64,000 nt of DNA from Actinomycetota bacterium (GTDB taxonomy: Bacteria; Actinomycetota; Actinomycetes; Nanopelagicales; Nanopelagicaceae), in contig WLPU01000005.1 in NCBI GenBank assembly GCA_009698615.1, positions 16,051 through 80,050 of the forward strand, given 5' to 3'. Below the pieces are notes generated by a model. It had not been told where the DNA came from. It was given only the letters and a program-made list of their open reading frames with translations, and searched no databases. The position numbers were made by a program, and so were the translations under genes. Positions 1 to 9,666 of the stretch are shown piece by piece (position 1 is the stretch's first letter; every line of letters begins with the position of its first letter).

Positions 1-1382
1 GCACCAATTTAAAGTATGAAGATGGCTCGAAGATCACCTGCGCCGATCTTAAGTACGGCACCATGCGTTCATATAACGATGCAATTCTTGATGGTGGAAC
101 AACATATGCTCACGACTTCCTCAAGAACCCAACGAACTTCAAGGGTCCATACACTGAGCCAAATGGTGATCTAAAGTCTGTTGTTTGCTCTCCAAAGGGC
201 GACTCGATCACTTACATGTTGTCACAGCCAGTTCCTTACTTCCCATACGTAACAACATTCGGTTCGTTCTCGCCAGTTCCTAAGGCAAAAGACACCAAGC
301 AGAACTACGATTCGCACCCAGTTTCATCTGGTCCATACAAGATCGAGTCCTACAACCGTGGAAAGAACATGACCTTGGTACGTAACACCAACTGGGATCC
401 AGCAACTGACCCAGCTCGTTGGAACTACCCAGATAAGATCGTTGTGAAGTTTGGTTACGAGCAAAATGCACTCGAGCAACAGCTTGTTTCAGACAGCGCA
501 GATGTTCAAACTGCGATGTCTACCGACACCGGTGTTATCACTAACCTGCCAAAGGTTCTTGCTAATCCTTCGGCTTACAAGAGCCGCTTCTTCTCCTTCG
601 TATCTCCGTATGCTCGCTACCTTGCGATCAACTTGGATACCGTGAAGGATGTCAATGTGCGTAAGGCAATTCAGTGCGCAATTGACTTGAGGACAATTCT
701 CCTTGCTGCTGGTGGAACTGCTGCTGGTACATACAGCAACTCACTCATTCCTTCATCTATCAAGAATGGATACCGTAACTTCGATATCTGTGGTCGTGAT
801 GTACACACAAAGCCAGAGGCTCAAATTGCCGCTGCACGTGGATACCTCAAGCAGGCCAAAGATGTGAAGAAGGATCTCATCCTTGCTTATCGTGATAAGG
901 GCGTTGAACCACAACGTGCAGAAGCTGCGCAGCAAGCACTTGAGGCAGTTGGTTTCACTGTCACAATGATGAAGCTTCCACGCGCTGGTTACTACACACG
1001 AATCGGTCAGCGTGATGCTGGAGTAGTTCAGCCAGATGTAATCCAGACTTCATGGGGTTATGACTGGGCAGCATCTTCCGGGATTGTTTATGCGCTTCTG
1101 GATGGTCGCACTATGACCGCTTCAGATTCACATAGCAATTACTCACGTCAGAATGTTCCTGCGCTGCAGGCACTTTTTGCCAAAGCCGACATGATCACAA
1201 ACCCAGCTGCATCTGATGCAGCGTTGGGCGATATCGATCAGCAGGCAATTCAAGACTATGCAGCAGTAATGCCTGTCTACTTCGAAACATCTAACTTCAT
1301 CACTGGATCGAAGTTGGGTGGCGTACAAGTAGATGGTGGTTACGGCACAATCAGCCCATTGGCTGCATTCGTCAAGAAGTAA
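1..1382 (+). CDS. Family-5 (DppA/OppA-type) ABC substrate-binding protein, 5' end cut by the window edge
   Basis: The frame is open from nt 3 (TNLKYEDGSKITCADLKYGT precedes the track Met at 63), so the gene continues upstream. Size and sequence are typical of SBP_bac_5 proteins. A cognate permease and two ATPases follow. Confidence 0.85.
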   Translation, partial: TNLKYEDGSKITCADLKYGTMRSYNDAILDGGTTYAHDFLKNPTNFKGPYTEPNGDLKSVVCSPKGDSITYMLSQPVPYFPYVTTFGSFSPVPKAKDTKQNYDSHPVSSGPYKIESYNRGKNMTLVRNTNWDPATDPARWNYPDKIVVKFGYEQNALEQQLVSDSADVQTAMSTDTGVITNLPKVLANPSAYKSRFFSFVSPYARYLAINLDTVKDVNVRKAIQCAIDLRTILLAAGGTAAGTYSNSLIPSSIKNGYRNFDICGRDVHTKPEAQIAAARGYLKQAKDVKKDLILAYRDKGVEPQRAEAAQQALEAVGFTVTMMKLPRAGYYTRIGQRDAGVVQPDVIQTSWGYDWAASSGIVYALLDGRTMTASDSHSNYSRQNVPALQALFAKADMITNPAASDAALGDIDQQAIQDYAAVMPVYFETSNFITGSKLGGVQVDGGYGTISPLAAFVKK

Positions 1383-1401
1383 TACCAAACTAGATGCACT
1401 A

Positions 1402-1437
1402 GGTGCTTGGCGGTGAAGAAATTCACCGCCAAGCACC
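1402..1437 (+). promoter_or_regulatory. Intercistronic stem-loop: perfect 16-bp stem, GAAA loop, no U-tract
   Basis: GGTGCTTGGCGGTGAA-GAAA-TTCACCGCCAAGCACC lies 20 nt after the binding-protein stop and before the permease gene. It is followed by GCACAAG rather than a T-run. Confidence 0.6.
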
Positions 1438-1499
1438 GCACAAGTGAATTTTGAAAGTTTTCATACCATTATCTATAAAACCACAGAACCAGGAGCGCC

Positions 1500-2492
1500 A
1501 TGTTTCGCTACTTAGTACGTCGCGTTATTGGCGGTGGACTGGTATTAATTATTGTAAGCATGGTTGTCTTTGGTCTCTTCTATGTTTTGCCAGCTGATCC
1601 TGCTCGCTTAGCGTGTGGAAAAGCCTGTACTCCCGAGCTCATCGCAGAAATTCGCCATACTCTTGAATTGGATCAACCGCTCACAATCCAATATGGACGA
1701 TTCGCTGAGGGAATTCTTGTTGGCCGCACTTATCTCAAAGGCAGTACCGCACAGCTCAATTGTCCAGCGCCATGCCTTGGTTATTCCTATGACACCGATG
1801 AGCTTGTAACAAATCTACTGAAAGATCGAGCTCCAGCAACTCTTTCTATTGCGCTGGGTGCATCCATTTTATTCTTACTTGTTGGTTTAGCTAGCGGAAT
1901 TATCTCGGCCCTTCGAAGAGGCAAATGGATTGATAAGTTCTCCCAAGGCGTAGCGCTCACCGGAGCCTCTTTACAGATTTATTTTGTTGCGCTCATTTTG
2001 CAGTTCATTTTTGTAGATAAATTGCAGTGGCTTCATACGCCGGGATATGTCTCGCCTTTTACGAGTGTGAGCCAATGGGTTACTGGAATGGCTTTGCCAT
2101 GGCTCACCCTGGCATTCTTGTTGTCGGCAATTTATGCACGATTGACCCGAGCTGGAATGCTCGAGGTAATGAGTGAGGATTACATCCGTACTGCTCGCGC
2201 AAAGGGTTTAACACTACGCCGAATTAATTTTAAACATGTGTTGCGCAGCGCCATTACTCCTATCGTTACAGTTTTTGGTTTAGACCTTGGCCAACTCCTT
2301 GGTGGCGCCGTCATCACTGAGTACGTGTTCAATATCCCCGGACTTGGGCGCCTGGCTACTGAAGCAGTAAGTAACGTCGATTTGCCTGTCATTGTCGGCA
2401 CCGTAATGCTCGCGGCCGTGTTTATTGTGATTGCAAATATCGTTGTAGACCTTCTTTATATGGTACTAGATCCAAAGGTGCGACTTTCGTGA
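1500..2492 (+). CDS. ABC permease, DppB/OppB type
   Basis: 330-aa multi-TM protein with the DppB-type EAA-loop signature YIRTARAKGL. Its stop overlaps the next start by 4 nt. Confidence 0.9.
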   Translation: MFRYLVRRVIGGGLVLIIVSMVVFGLFYVLPADPARLACGKACTPELIAEIRHTLELDQPLTIQYGRFAEGILVGRTYLKGSTAQLNCPAPCLGYSYDTDELVTNLLKDRAPATLSIALGASILFLLVGLASGIISALRRGKWIDKFSQGVALTGASLQIYFVALILQFIFVDKLQWLHTPGYVSPFTSVSQWVTGMALPWLTLAFLLSAIYARLTRAGMLEVMSEDYIRTARAKGLTLRRINFKHVLRSAITPIVTVFGLDLGQLLGGAVITEYVFNIPGLGRLATEAVSNVDLPVIVGTVMLAAVFIVIANIVVDLLYMVLDPKVRLS

Positions 2493-3514
2493 GCGCATTC
2501 TTAGAAGTTAAAGATTTAAAGGTTCACTTCCCAACCGATGACGGGTTGGTCAAAGCGGTCGATGGGATTTCATTCTCAGTTGAGCGAGGAAAGACCTTAG
2601 GAATCGTCGGTGAATCTGGATCTGGTAAGTCAGTCACAAGCCTTGCGATTCTTGGATTACAAAAAGGTTCGCGCGCGCAACTCTCTGGCGAGATCTGGGT
2701 GGACGGTAAAGAAATAGTTGCAGCAACCGAAGAAGAAGTTCGATCGTTACGCGGAAATTCTATGGCAATGATCTTTCAAGATGCGCTGGCAGCCCTGCAT
2801 CCATACTTCACCATTGGTAATCAGATCGCTGAGGCATACAGGGTTCATAACAACGTGTCAGAAAAAGTTGCATTTGCTCGGGCGATCGAGATGCTTGATC
2901 GTGTCGGAATTCCAGATCCAGCAAAGCGTGCACAGGATTATGCGCATCAATTCTCTGGTGGAATGAGACAACGTGCCATGATCGCAATGGCGCTATCGTG
3001 TAATCCATCTTTATTGATTGCCGATGAACCAACAACTGCGCTTGATGTAACTGTGCAAGCTCAAATATTAGATTTGCTTCGCGATTTACAGAAGGAATTC
3101 GGATCTGCAATTATCTTGATTACTCACGATTTGGGCGTAGTTGCAGAAACGGCCGATGATGTTTTGATCATGTATGCAGGTAAGGCTATTGAATTTGGAA
3201 CTGTTCGCGACATATTGAAAAAGCCACAGCACCCCTATGCATGGGGCCTACTCTCGTCTATTCCTCGATTAACTGGCGCCGCTGATGTTGAGTTGCGGGC
3301 AATCGCCGGGACGCCACCTAGTTTGATTTCTGTTCCAAGTGGATGTGCATTCCATCCTCGTTGTACCTACGCGTCACGAGTCGGGACTGCTTGCAGCCAA
3401 GAGATACCGTCGTTGCTTGATATTGAAATTGGTGGACGCCATCAAGTGCGATGTCACTTAGATCGATCTAATCGTTCGGAAATTTTCACAAAAGAGATTG
3501 CGCCCTCATTATGA
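2489..3514 (+). CDS. ABC ATPase, DppD/OppD type
   Basis: Walker A GESGSGKS, signature FSGGMRQR, Walker B LLIADEPTTALD. C-terminal oligo_HPY-like tail with 4 Cys. Confidence 0.9.
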   Translation: MSAFLEVKDLKVHFPTDDGLVKAVDGISFSVERGKTLGIVGESGSGKSVTSLAILGLQKGSRAQLSGEIWVDGKEIVAATEEEVRSLRGNSMAMIFQDALAALHPYFTIGNQIAEAYRVHNNVSEKVAFARAIEMLDRVGIPDPAKRAQDYAHQFSGGMRQRAMIAMALSCNPSLLIADEPTTALDVTVQAQILDLLRDLQKEFGSAIILITHDLGVVAETADDVLIMYAGKAIEFGTVRDILKKPQHPYAWGLLSSIPRLTGAADVELRAIAGTPPSLISVPSGCAFHPRCTYASRVGTACSQEIPSLLDIEIGGRHQVRCHLDRSNRSEIFTKEIAPSL

Positions 3515-4476
3515 GCGCTCTCTTGCGAGTTGAAAACTTAACTAAGCATTTCCCTGGTGGGCGCACTGGTTTTTTTGGAAAGCGCGACGTAATCCAAGCA
3601 GTCGATGGAGTCACATTTGAAATTAGCCAGGGCGAAGCACTAGGACTGGTGGGTGAATCTGGATGCGGAAAATCTACGACCGGACGCCTCATCACTCGAT
3701 TGCTAGAACCAATGAGCGGTTCAGTTGTATTTGATGGTGAAGATATTTCTCATATTTCTCAAGGCCAGATGCGGCCAATCCGATCTGGATTGCAGATGAT
3801 TTTTCAAGACCCTTACGCATCTCTTAATCCCCGTCATACAGTGGGGACAATCGTTGCGACGCCACTTCATATCAACAAAATTTCTCCTCCAGAGGGAATG
3901 AAAAAGCATGTACAAGAACTTTTGGAAATTGTGGGACTAAACCCAGAGCACTACAACAGATACCCACATGAATTCTCCGGGGGACAACGTCAGCGAATCG
4001 GCATTGCTCGCGCTTTGGCCTTGCGTCCCAAAATGATTGTGGCAGATGAACCAGTGAGCGCGCTGGATGTTTCGATTCAGGCGCAGATCATCAACTTACT
4101 TCAAGACTTACAAAAAGATTTTGGACTTTCATTCCTATTTATTGCCCATGATTTAGCGGTGGTTCGCCATTTCGCACAAAGAATTGCGGTCATGTACTTG
4201 GGTAATTTAGTTGAGATTGCAGATCGCGACACTCTCTATGCAACTCCTCGCCACCCATATACGAAGGCACTTTTATCTGCTGTCCCTACGGCAGATCCTG
4301 ATGCAGCGGGGGCTCGCGAGAGAATTAGATTAACTGGCGATGTACCAAATCCCATTAATCCGCCATCTGGTTGCCGCTTCCGTACTCGCTGTTGGAAAGC
4401 GCAAGAGATTTGTTCAACGACCCCACAACTGTTGCAGATTGGTTCAAGCTCGGTTGCTTGTCATTTCCCTGAGTAA
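3511..4476 (+). CDS. ABC ATPase, DppF/OppF type
   Basis: Walker A GESGCGKST, signature FSGGQRQR, Walker B MIVADEPVSALD. C-terminal 4-Cys tail. Confidence 0.9.
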   Translation: MSALLRVENLTKHFPGGRTGFFGKRDVIQAVDGVTFEISQGEALGLVGESGCGKSTTGRLITRLLEPMSGSVVFDGEDISHISQGQMRPIRSGLQMIFQDPYASLNPRHTVGTIVATPLHINKISPPEGMKKHVQELLEIVGLNPEHYNRYPHEFSGGQRQRIGIARALALRPKMIVADEPVSALDVSIQAQIINLLQDLQKDFGLSFLFIAHDLAVVRHFAQRIAVMYLGNLVEIADRDTLYATPRHPYTKALLSAVPTADPDAAGARERIRLTGDVPNPINPPSGCRFRTRCWKAQEICSTTPQLLQIGSSSVACHFPE

Positions 4477-4485
4477 GATGTGTCC

Positions 4486-5523
4486 ATGAGTACCGAACAC
4501 GGCACAATTATGCGTTCGGAGATTGAAGAAATCCCCGCAGTCTTTGAGCGAATCAAGTCGCAATCTGTACAAATGCACACTGAAGTTTCGCAGTTACCTT
4601 TATCATCGATTGATTCAGTAATTTTGGTTGCACGCGGTACCTCGGATAATGCGGCGCTATATTTGAAATACCTCATCGAAACGAAGGTTGGCATCCCATG
4701 TGGATTGGCATCGCCATCAGTGGTTTCTGTTTACGGGGCTAAACTTCGCTTCAAGAATGTGTTAGTAATCGCGCTGAGTCAAAGTGGTCAATCACCAGAT
4801 TTAGTGGGTTACTGCACTGCTGCACGACAAGGCGGAGCAACAGTTGTCGCCATGACCAATGATCAGACAAGCCCGCTAGCCCAGTCTGCACATTGCAATT
4901 TGTATTTGCAGGCGGGTCCGGAGAAAGCTGTCGCAGCCACAAAGAGTTATTCAGCGCAGTTGCTCGTTGCTAGATTATTTGTGGCGGCATGGAGCGGAGA
5001 AGTGCTTAATTTTGATGCCATCATCGCTGAAGGCAAGCACATGCTGGAGCAATCAGGCCAAGTAAAAACTTTGGCGGAGAAGTTTAAATTTAATGACGGC
5101 GTAACTGCGATGGGTAGGGGATTTGCCTACGCAAACGCACATGAAACTGCCCTTAAGATCCAAGAGACTCTCAAGATTCCTGTGGCTTCTTTTTCTTCGG
5201 CAGATTATCTCCACGGCCCGATTTCCTCACTTCACGATCAGTCCAGAGTTATTTTCTTAGCCCCGAATGGAATTGCAGAATCTGCGATGTCATCGACTGT
5301 GGCCCGGATTCGAGAAATTACAACTCACATCTATTGGATAGGTACTGGATTTACTCGTACACCTCATGAAATTTTGATTGGGGGTTCAACTGGTTTGTCT
5401 GAGATCGATAGCGTCATTGTAGATAGCATTGTTTTGCAATTCTTCGCTCTATTTTTAGCAATTAATGCCGGAAAGAACCCTGATGCTCCTGTCGGCCTTG
5501 CAAAAGTTACAAAGACTCTTTAG
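4486..5523 (+). CDS. Double-SIS sugar-phosphate isomerase/deaminase (GlmS isomerase-domain-like; NagB-II/AgaS-like)
   Basis: About 345 aa without a glutaminase domain. SIS-type motifs ARGTSDNAA and LSQSGQSPD. Sits next to nagA. Start is uncertain (GTG 4480, ATG 4486 or ATG 4510). Confidence 0.7.
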   Translation: MSTEHGTIMRSEIEEIPAVFERIKSQSVQMHTEVSQLPLSSIDSVILVARGTSDNAALYLKYLIETKVGIPCGLASPSVVSVYGAKLRFKNVLVIALSQSGQSPDLVGYCTAARQGGATVVAMTNDQTSPLAQSAHCNLYLQAGPEKAVAATKSYSAQLLVARLFVAAWSGEVLNFDAIIAEGKHMLEQSGQVKTLAEKFKFNDGVTAMGRGFAYANAHETALKIQETLKIPVASFSSADYLHGPISSLHDQSRVIFLAPNGIAESAMSSTVARIREITTHIYWIGTGFTRTPHEILIGGSTGLSEIDSVIVDSIVLQFFALFLAINAGKNPDAPVGLAKVTKTL

Positions 5524-5529
5524 GCACTC

Positions 5530-6462
5530 GTGAGTACAACAGTTCCTGCCTTCGTGGATCTGCAAGTCAATGGTCATGGCGGCGTGGATCTACTGTCCGC
5601 CCAGACCACAGATCAGATTCGCCAAGTTTGCGCTTCACTTTTTAAGCAAGGGGTGGGTGCTTACCTTCCTACATTGATTACCGGTCCATTGGATCGCACT
5701 GTTGCGGCAATGAAGCTCATCGAACAAGTAAGGCGATCACCTCGCGATGACGAAGCAGAAATAATCGGGATTCACCTCGAGGGTCCTTTTCTTTCACATA
5801 GCAAGCCCGGAGTGCATCCGACTGAATTTCTTTGTGAGCCTTCGCAAGAACTCTTAGGGAAATATCTTTCAGCTGGCACCGTGACGATGGTGACGCTAGC
5901 ACCAGAAATTCCTGGCGCACTCGAGGCAATTACATTTCTAACCCAGATGGGAATTATCGTTTCATTGGGACATTCCGACGCCACCCTTACCCAAGCTCAC
6001 GCAGGATTTGATGCAGGAGCGCAAACTGTCACGCATATTTGGAATGCCATGAGTAAGGATCGACATTCCGGTGTCGGTGCTGCAGCACTTTCGCGCCCGG
6101 AGGTTTCAATCCAGATGATTATCGATGGTGTTCATTTATCTGATGAAGTCATCGCATACACAATCGAGAAAGCTCCCGAACGATTTATCGTGACAAACGA
6201 TGCAGTTTCCCCAGCCGGTTTAGGTGAAGGCACCCATCGATTTGGAACCTTTGAGGTCAGCGTAAAAGATGGTCGAGCGGTGCGATCTGATGGAGTTTTG
6301 GCAGGCGGGGTAGGTTCCATGAAAGATTCATTCCGCCGCATGATGGCCCTAGGCATCGAGTTCGACAGCGCCATAGCCAGCATGACCTCTCGGCCAGCTG
6401 CGCTAATTGGCCGCCCAGAACTCGGCGTTTTGAGCCTAGGTTCTCGAACAACGCAGGTATAA
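5530..6462 (+). CDS. nagA: N-acetylglucosamine-6-phosphate deacetylase, short form
   Basis: NagA motifs FVDLQVNGHGG, GIHLEGPFLS, LGHSDAT and THIWNAM. Only 310 aa; the protein begins right at the first metal-binding motif. GTG start. Confidence 0.75.
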   Translation: MSTTVPAFVDLQVNGHGGVDLLSAQTTDQIRQVCASLFKQGVGAYLPTLITGPLDRTVAAMKLIEQVRRSPRDDEAEIIGIHLEGPFLSHSKPGVHPTEFLCEPSQELLGKYLSAGTVTMVTLAPEIPGALEAITFLTQMGIIVSLGHSDATLTQAHAGFDAGAQTVTHIWNAMSKDRHSGVGAAALSRPEVSIQMIIDGVHLSDEVIAYTIEKAPERFIVTNDAVSPAGLGEGTHRFGTFEVSVKDGRAVRSDGVLAGGVGSMKDSFRRMMALGIEFDSAIASMTSRPAALIGRPELGVLSLGSRTTQV

Positions 6463-6561
6463 GTCCGGCTTTTAGGCCGATTTCCCTTATCGCCACGCTT
6501 GGCTTTAGAATCACCCTTCGCACGTTAATTCCAATACGAACAACAACGAAGTGGGTATCGC

Positions 6562-6783
6562 TTGGCCAAGAAAGATGGTGCTATCGAAATCGAGGGCACT
6601 GTTGCCGAGGCTCTACCTAATGCGATGTTTCGCGTGGAGTTAACGAACGGGCACAAGATTCTCGCGCATATTAGCGGGAAGATGCGGAAGAACTACATCC
6701 GTATCCTTCCAGCCGATCGTGTGATTGTGGAATTGAGTCCCTATGACCTCACCCGAGGTCGGATTGTTTATCGTTACAAGTAG
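6562..6783 (+). CDS. infA: Translation initiation factor IF-1
   Basis: 73 aa: [13 protein letters not shown]...MFRVEL.NGH...[36 protein letters not shown] start. Confidence 0.95.
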   Translation: MAKKDGAIEIEGTVAEALPNAMFRVELTNGHKILAHISGKMRKNYIRILPADRVIVELSPYDLTRGRIVYRYK

Positions 6784-6847
6784 TTCTTAATAAGAATTGT
6801 TTGGAAAATAAATAATTTTTGACGTAGTACAAGAAGGAGGGCAGCTC

Positions 6848-6961
6848 ATGAAGGTTAAGCCAAGCGTGAAGAAGATTTGCGATAAGTGCAAAGTTATTCG
6901 TCGCAAGGGTCGCGTCATGGTGATCTGTGACAACCTCCGACACAAGCAACGTCAGGGATAA
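6848..6961 (+). CDS. rpmJ: 50S ribosomal protein L36
   Basis: Too short for the ORF track. ATG 6848 follows SD AAGGAGGG. Translation is [37 protein letters not shown], stop at 6959-6961. Confidence 0.95.
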   Translation: MKVKPSVKKICDKCKVIRRKGRVMVICDNLRHKQRQG

Positions 6962-7027
6962 GTACAAAACAAGAACGCGTGGCGCGACTGCCTCGTTAGT
7001 TGTAAAACTAATGAAGCAGACCCTTGG

Positions 7028-7082
7028 TCCGACAGGCCGAGGCCCATCATTTGATGGGGAGCGTTGCGAAGGACCTGTCGGA
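7028..7082 (+). promoter_or_regulatory. Candidate structured leader of the rpsM-rpsK-rpsD-rpoA-rplQ operon
   Basis: TCCGACAGG (7028-7036) pairs with CCTGTCGGA (7074-7082). These enclose an inner hairpin CCCAT/ATGGG (7043-7058). The structure ends 19 nt before the rpsM ATG. Confidence 0.35.
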
Positions 7083-7101
7083 TAGATGAACGGTTGAAAA
7101 T

Positions 7102-7479
7102 ATGGCACGTCTTGTTGGTGTCGATCTACCGCGTGAAAAACGCGTAGAGGTCGCACTTACCTATATCTTCGGAATGGGTCTTACCCGTTCCCAAAAAACA
7201 TTAGCGGCAACTGGCATAAGCCCAGACACCCGCGTGAAAGATCTTCAAGAGCCAGAACTCGCAAAACTTCGCGAGTTCATCGAAGCTAACTTTAAGATCG
7301 AAGGCGATTTGCGACGCGAAGTCGCTGCCGATATTCGACGTAAGGTCGAAATTCAAAGCTATCAAGGAATTCGTCACCGTAAGGGACTTCCTGTTCGCGG
7401 TCAGCGCACTCACACCAACGCGCGTACGCGTAAGGGTCCTCGTAAGGCAATTGCTGGCAAGAAGAAGGAGACTAAGTAA
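7102..7479 (+). CDS. rpsM: 30S ribosomal protein S13
   Basis: [24 protein letters not shown]..., 125 aa. Confidence 0.97.
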   Translation: MARLVGVDLPREKRVEVALTYIFGMGLTRSQKTLAATGISPDTRVKDLQEPELAKLREFIEANFKIEGDLRREVAADIRRKVEIQSYQGIRHRKGLPVRGQRTHTNARTRKGPRKAIAGKKKETK

Positions 7480-7910
7480 TGGCCGCTCCTAAAGCTAAGA
7501 CAGCTGCTACAACAAAGGCTGCTCCAAAGGGCAAAGTTAAGCTTCGCAAGAAAGAGAAGAAGAATGTTGCTGTTGGACAGGCGCACATTAAGAGCACCTT
7601 CAACAACACAATCATTTCTATCACTGATCCAACCGGAGCAGTTATTTCTTGGTCATCATCTGGCCAAGTTGGCTTCAAGGGTTCACGTAAATCAACACCG
7701 TTTGCTGCGCAGTTGGCTGCAGAATCTGCGGCCCGTCGCGCACAAGAGCACGGTCTTAAGAAAGTTGATGTTTTTGTTAAGGGTCCAGGATCTGGACGCG
7801 AGACTGCAATTCGTTCACTACAAGCGGCCGGTTTGGAAGTTGGTGCCATCTCTGATGTCACTCCAGCTCCCCACAACGGCTGTCGTCCACCGAAACCACG
7901 TCGAGTTTAA
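7479..7910 (+). CDS. rpsK: 30S ribosomal protein S11
   Basis: [21 protein letters not shown]..., 143 aa. TAATG overlap with rpsM. Confidence 0.97.
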   Translation: MAAPKAKTAATTKAAPKGKVKLRKKEKKNVAVGQAHIKSTFNNTIISITDPTGAVISWSSSGQVGFKGSRKSTPFAAQLAAESAARRAQEHGLKKVDVFVKGPGSGRETAIRSLQAAGLEVGAISDVTPAPHNGCRPPKPRRV

Positions 7911-7926
7911 GGAAGGAAGACAATAA

Positions 7927-8553
7927 ATGGCTCGTTATACCGGAGCAGACTGCAAACGCTGCCGTCGCGAAAAAGTAAAGCTCTTCCTTAAGGGCTCTAA
8001 GTGCGATGGACCAAAGTGTCCAATCGAATCTCGTCCATACCCACCTGGGCAACATGGTCGTGGCCGTTCCAAGGAATCTGAATACCTATTGCAGATGCGC
8101 GAAAAGCAAAAGTGCGCACGTATTTACGGTGTTCTTGAAAAGCAATTCCGCGGTTACTACGAAGAAGCAAACCGTCGCCAAGGCAAGACTGGTGAAAACT
8201 TGCTCGTCATCTTGGAAACTCGCTTGGATAACGTTGTTTTCCGTGCTGGTTTTGCAAAGAGCCGCGACATGGCCCGTCAATTGGTCCGTCACGGTCACTT
8301 CACTGTCAATGGCAAGAAGGTCAACATTCCTTCATTCCGCGTGAGCGCAATGGATATCGTCGATGTATTGCCTAAGTCCCTTGACCTCACGCCATTTATC
8401 GTGGCTAGCGCTGAACTTGGCGAAAAGTCGGTTCCTGCGTGGATGGAAGTAGTTGGTGCGCAAATGCGCATCATCATCCACGGAGTACCTGCTCGCTCAG
8501 TGATCGATACCCAGATTCAAGAGCAGCTAATCGTTGAGCTTTACTCCAAGTAA
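7927..8553 (+). CDS. rpsD: 30S ribosomal protein S4
   Basis: MARYTGADCKRCRREKVKLFLKG..., 208 aa. Confidence 0.97.
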   Translation: MARYTGADCKRCRREKVKLFLKGSKCDGPKCPIESRPYPPGQHGRGRSKESEYLLQMREKQKCARIYGVLEKQFRGYYEEANRRQGKTGENLLVILETRLDNVVFRAGFAKSRDMARQLVRHGHFTVNGKKVNIPSFRVSAMDIVDVLPKSLDLTPFIVASAELGEKSVPAWMEVVGAQMRIIIHGVPARSVIDTQIQEQLIVELYSK

Positions 8554-8642
8554 CGTACTTGGATTTGTTCTACAGAACTAAATAAGAGGAAACAAAGTAG
8601 GAAATCAAATAGTGGATTTCCGTGACCTATGGAGGATCAACA

Positions 8643-9656
8643 GTGCTAATTGCACAACGTCCAACCCTCGTTGAAGAAGTAGTCAGTGAAAACCGTTCAC
8701 GGTTCATCATCGAACCGCTGGAGCCAGGTTTTGGATACACCCTTGGCAACTCAATGCGCCGTACCTTGCTGTCATCCATTCCTGGAGCAGCAGTTACGAG
8801 CATCCGCGTTGCCGGTGCACTGCACGAATTCACCACGCTTGAAGGCGTGAAGGAAGACCTGACAGACATAGTTCTTAACATTAAGAACTTAGTTCTATCG
8901 TCAGAAAATGATGAACCAAGCGTTCTCTACATCCGCAAGAGCGGTTCTGGCCCAGTTACTGGCGCCGATATCGCTGTGCCAACGGGCGTCGAAGTTCATA
9001 ACCCAGCACTTCACTTGGCAACACTCAACGGAAAAGCCAATATTGAAATTGAGCTGACCGTAGAGCGTGGTCGTGGATATGTGACTGCGGTTCAAAACAA
9101 GCAAGCTGGGGCTGAAATCGGTCGCATCCCAGTTGACTCTATTTATTCACCAGTCCTCAAGGTCACTTACAAGGTAGAAGCAACTCGCGTTGAACAGCGC
9201 ACTGACTTCGATCGTCTTGTTGTAGATGTCGAAACTAAGCCATCGATGAAGCCGCGCGATGCTGTTGCATCAGCTGGTAAGACTCTTGTCGAACTCTTCG
9301 GGCTTGCTCGCGAACTCAATCTCGATGCTGAAGGCATTGAGATGGGACCCTCCGTCACTGATGCAGCCCTTGCTGCAGATCTCGCCCTTCCTATTGAAGA
9401 TCTTGATCTCACAGTGCGTTCTTATAACTGCTTGAAGCGCGAAGGCATTCATACAGTTGGCGAACTTGTTGGCCGTAGCGAAGCTGATCTACTTGATATC
9501 CGAAACTTCGGATCAAAGTCGATTGATGAAGTAAAGGCAAAGTTGATCTCAATGGGAATGGCGCTGAAAGATAGCCCAGCCGGTTTTGATCCAACTCAAC
9601 ATCACAATTACGACGTCAATCTTGACGACGAATTCGTCGAATCAGATCAGGCCTAG
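8643..9656 (+). CDS. rpoA: DNA-directed RNA polymerase alpha subunit
   Basis: [12 protein letters not shown]... is the usual N-terminus. The in-frame GTG at 8643 has SD GGAGGA 7 nt upstream. The track start at 8622 would add 7 residues and abuts a 7-bp hairpin (8600-8621). Confidence 0.95.
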   Translation: MLIAQRPTLVEEVVSENRSRFIIEPLEPGFGYTLGNSMRRTLLSSIPGAAVTSIRVAGALHEFTTLEGVKEDLTDIVLNIKNLVLSSENDEPSVLYIRKSGSGPVTGADIAVPTGVEVHNPALHLATLNGKANIEIELTVERGRGYVTAVQNKQAGAEIGRIPVDSIYSPVLKVTYKVEATRVEQRTDFDRLVVDVETKPSMKPRDAVASAGKTLVELFGLARELNLDAEGIEMGPSVTDAALAADLALPIEDLDLTVRSYNCLKREGIHTVGELVGRSEADLLDIRNFGSKSIDEVKAKLISMGMALKDSPAGFDPTQHHNYDVNLDDEFVESDQA

Positions 9657-9666
9657 GAGATAAACC

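Noticed and set aside
6749-7156. 135-aa minus-strand ORF spanning the infA-rpsM spacer region
   Set aside because: It overlaps the clearly real rpmJ gene (6848-6961, plus strand) and the rpsM start. It would also require transcription against the ribosomal operon.
7472-7876. 134-aa minus-strand ORF, plus the plus-strand alternative-frame ORFs 7564-7926 and 8006-8344
   Set aside because: They lie entirely within rpsK and rpsD, which are unambiguous. The translations have no recognisable features.
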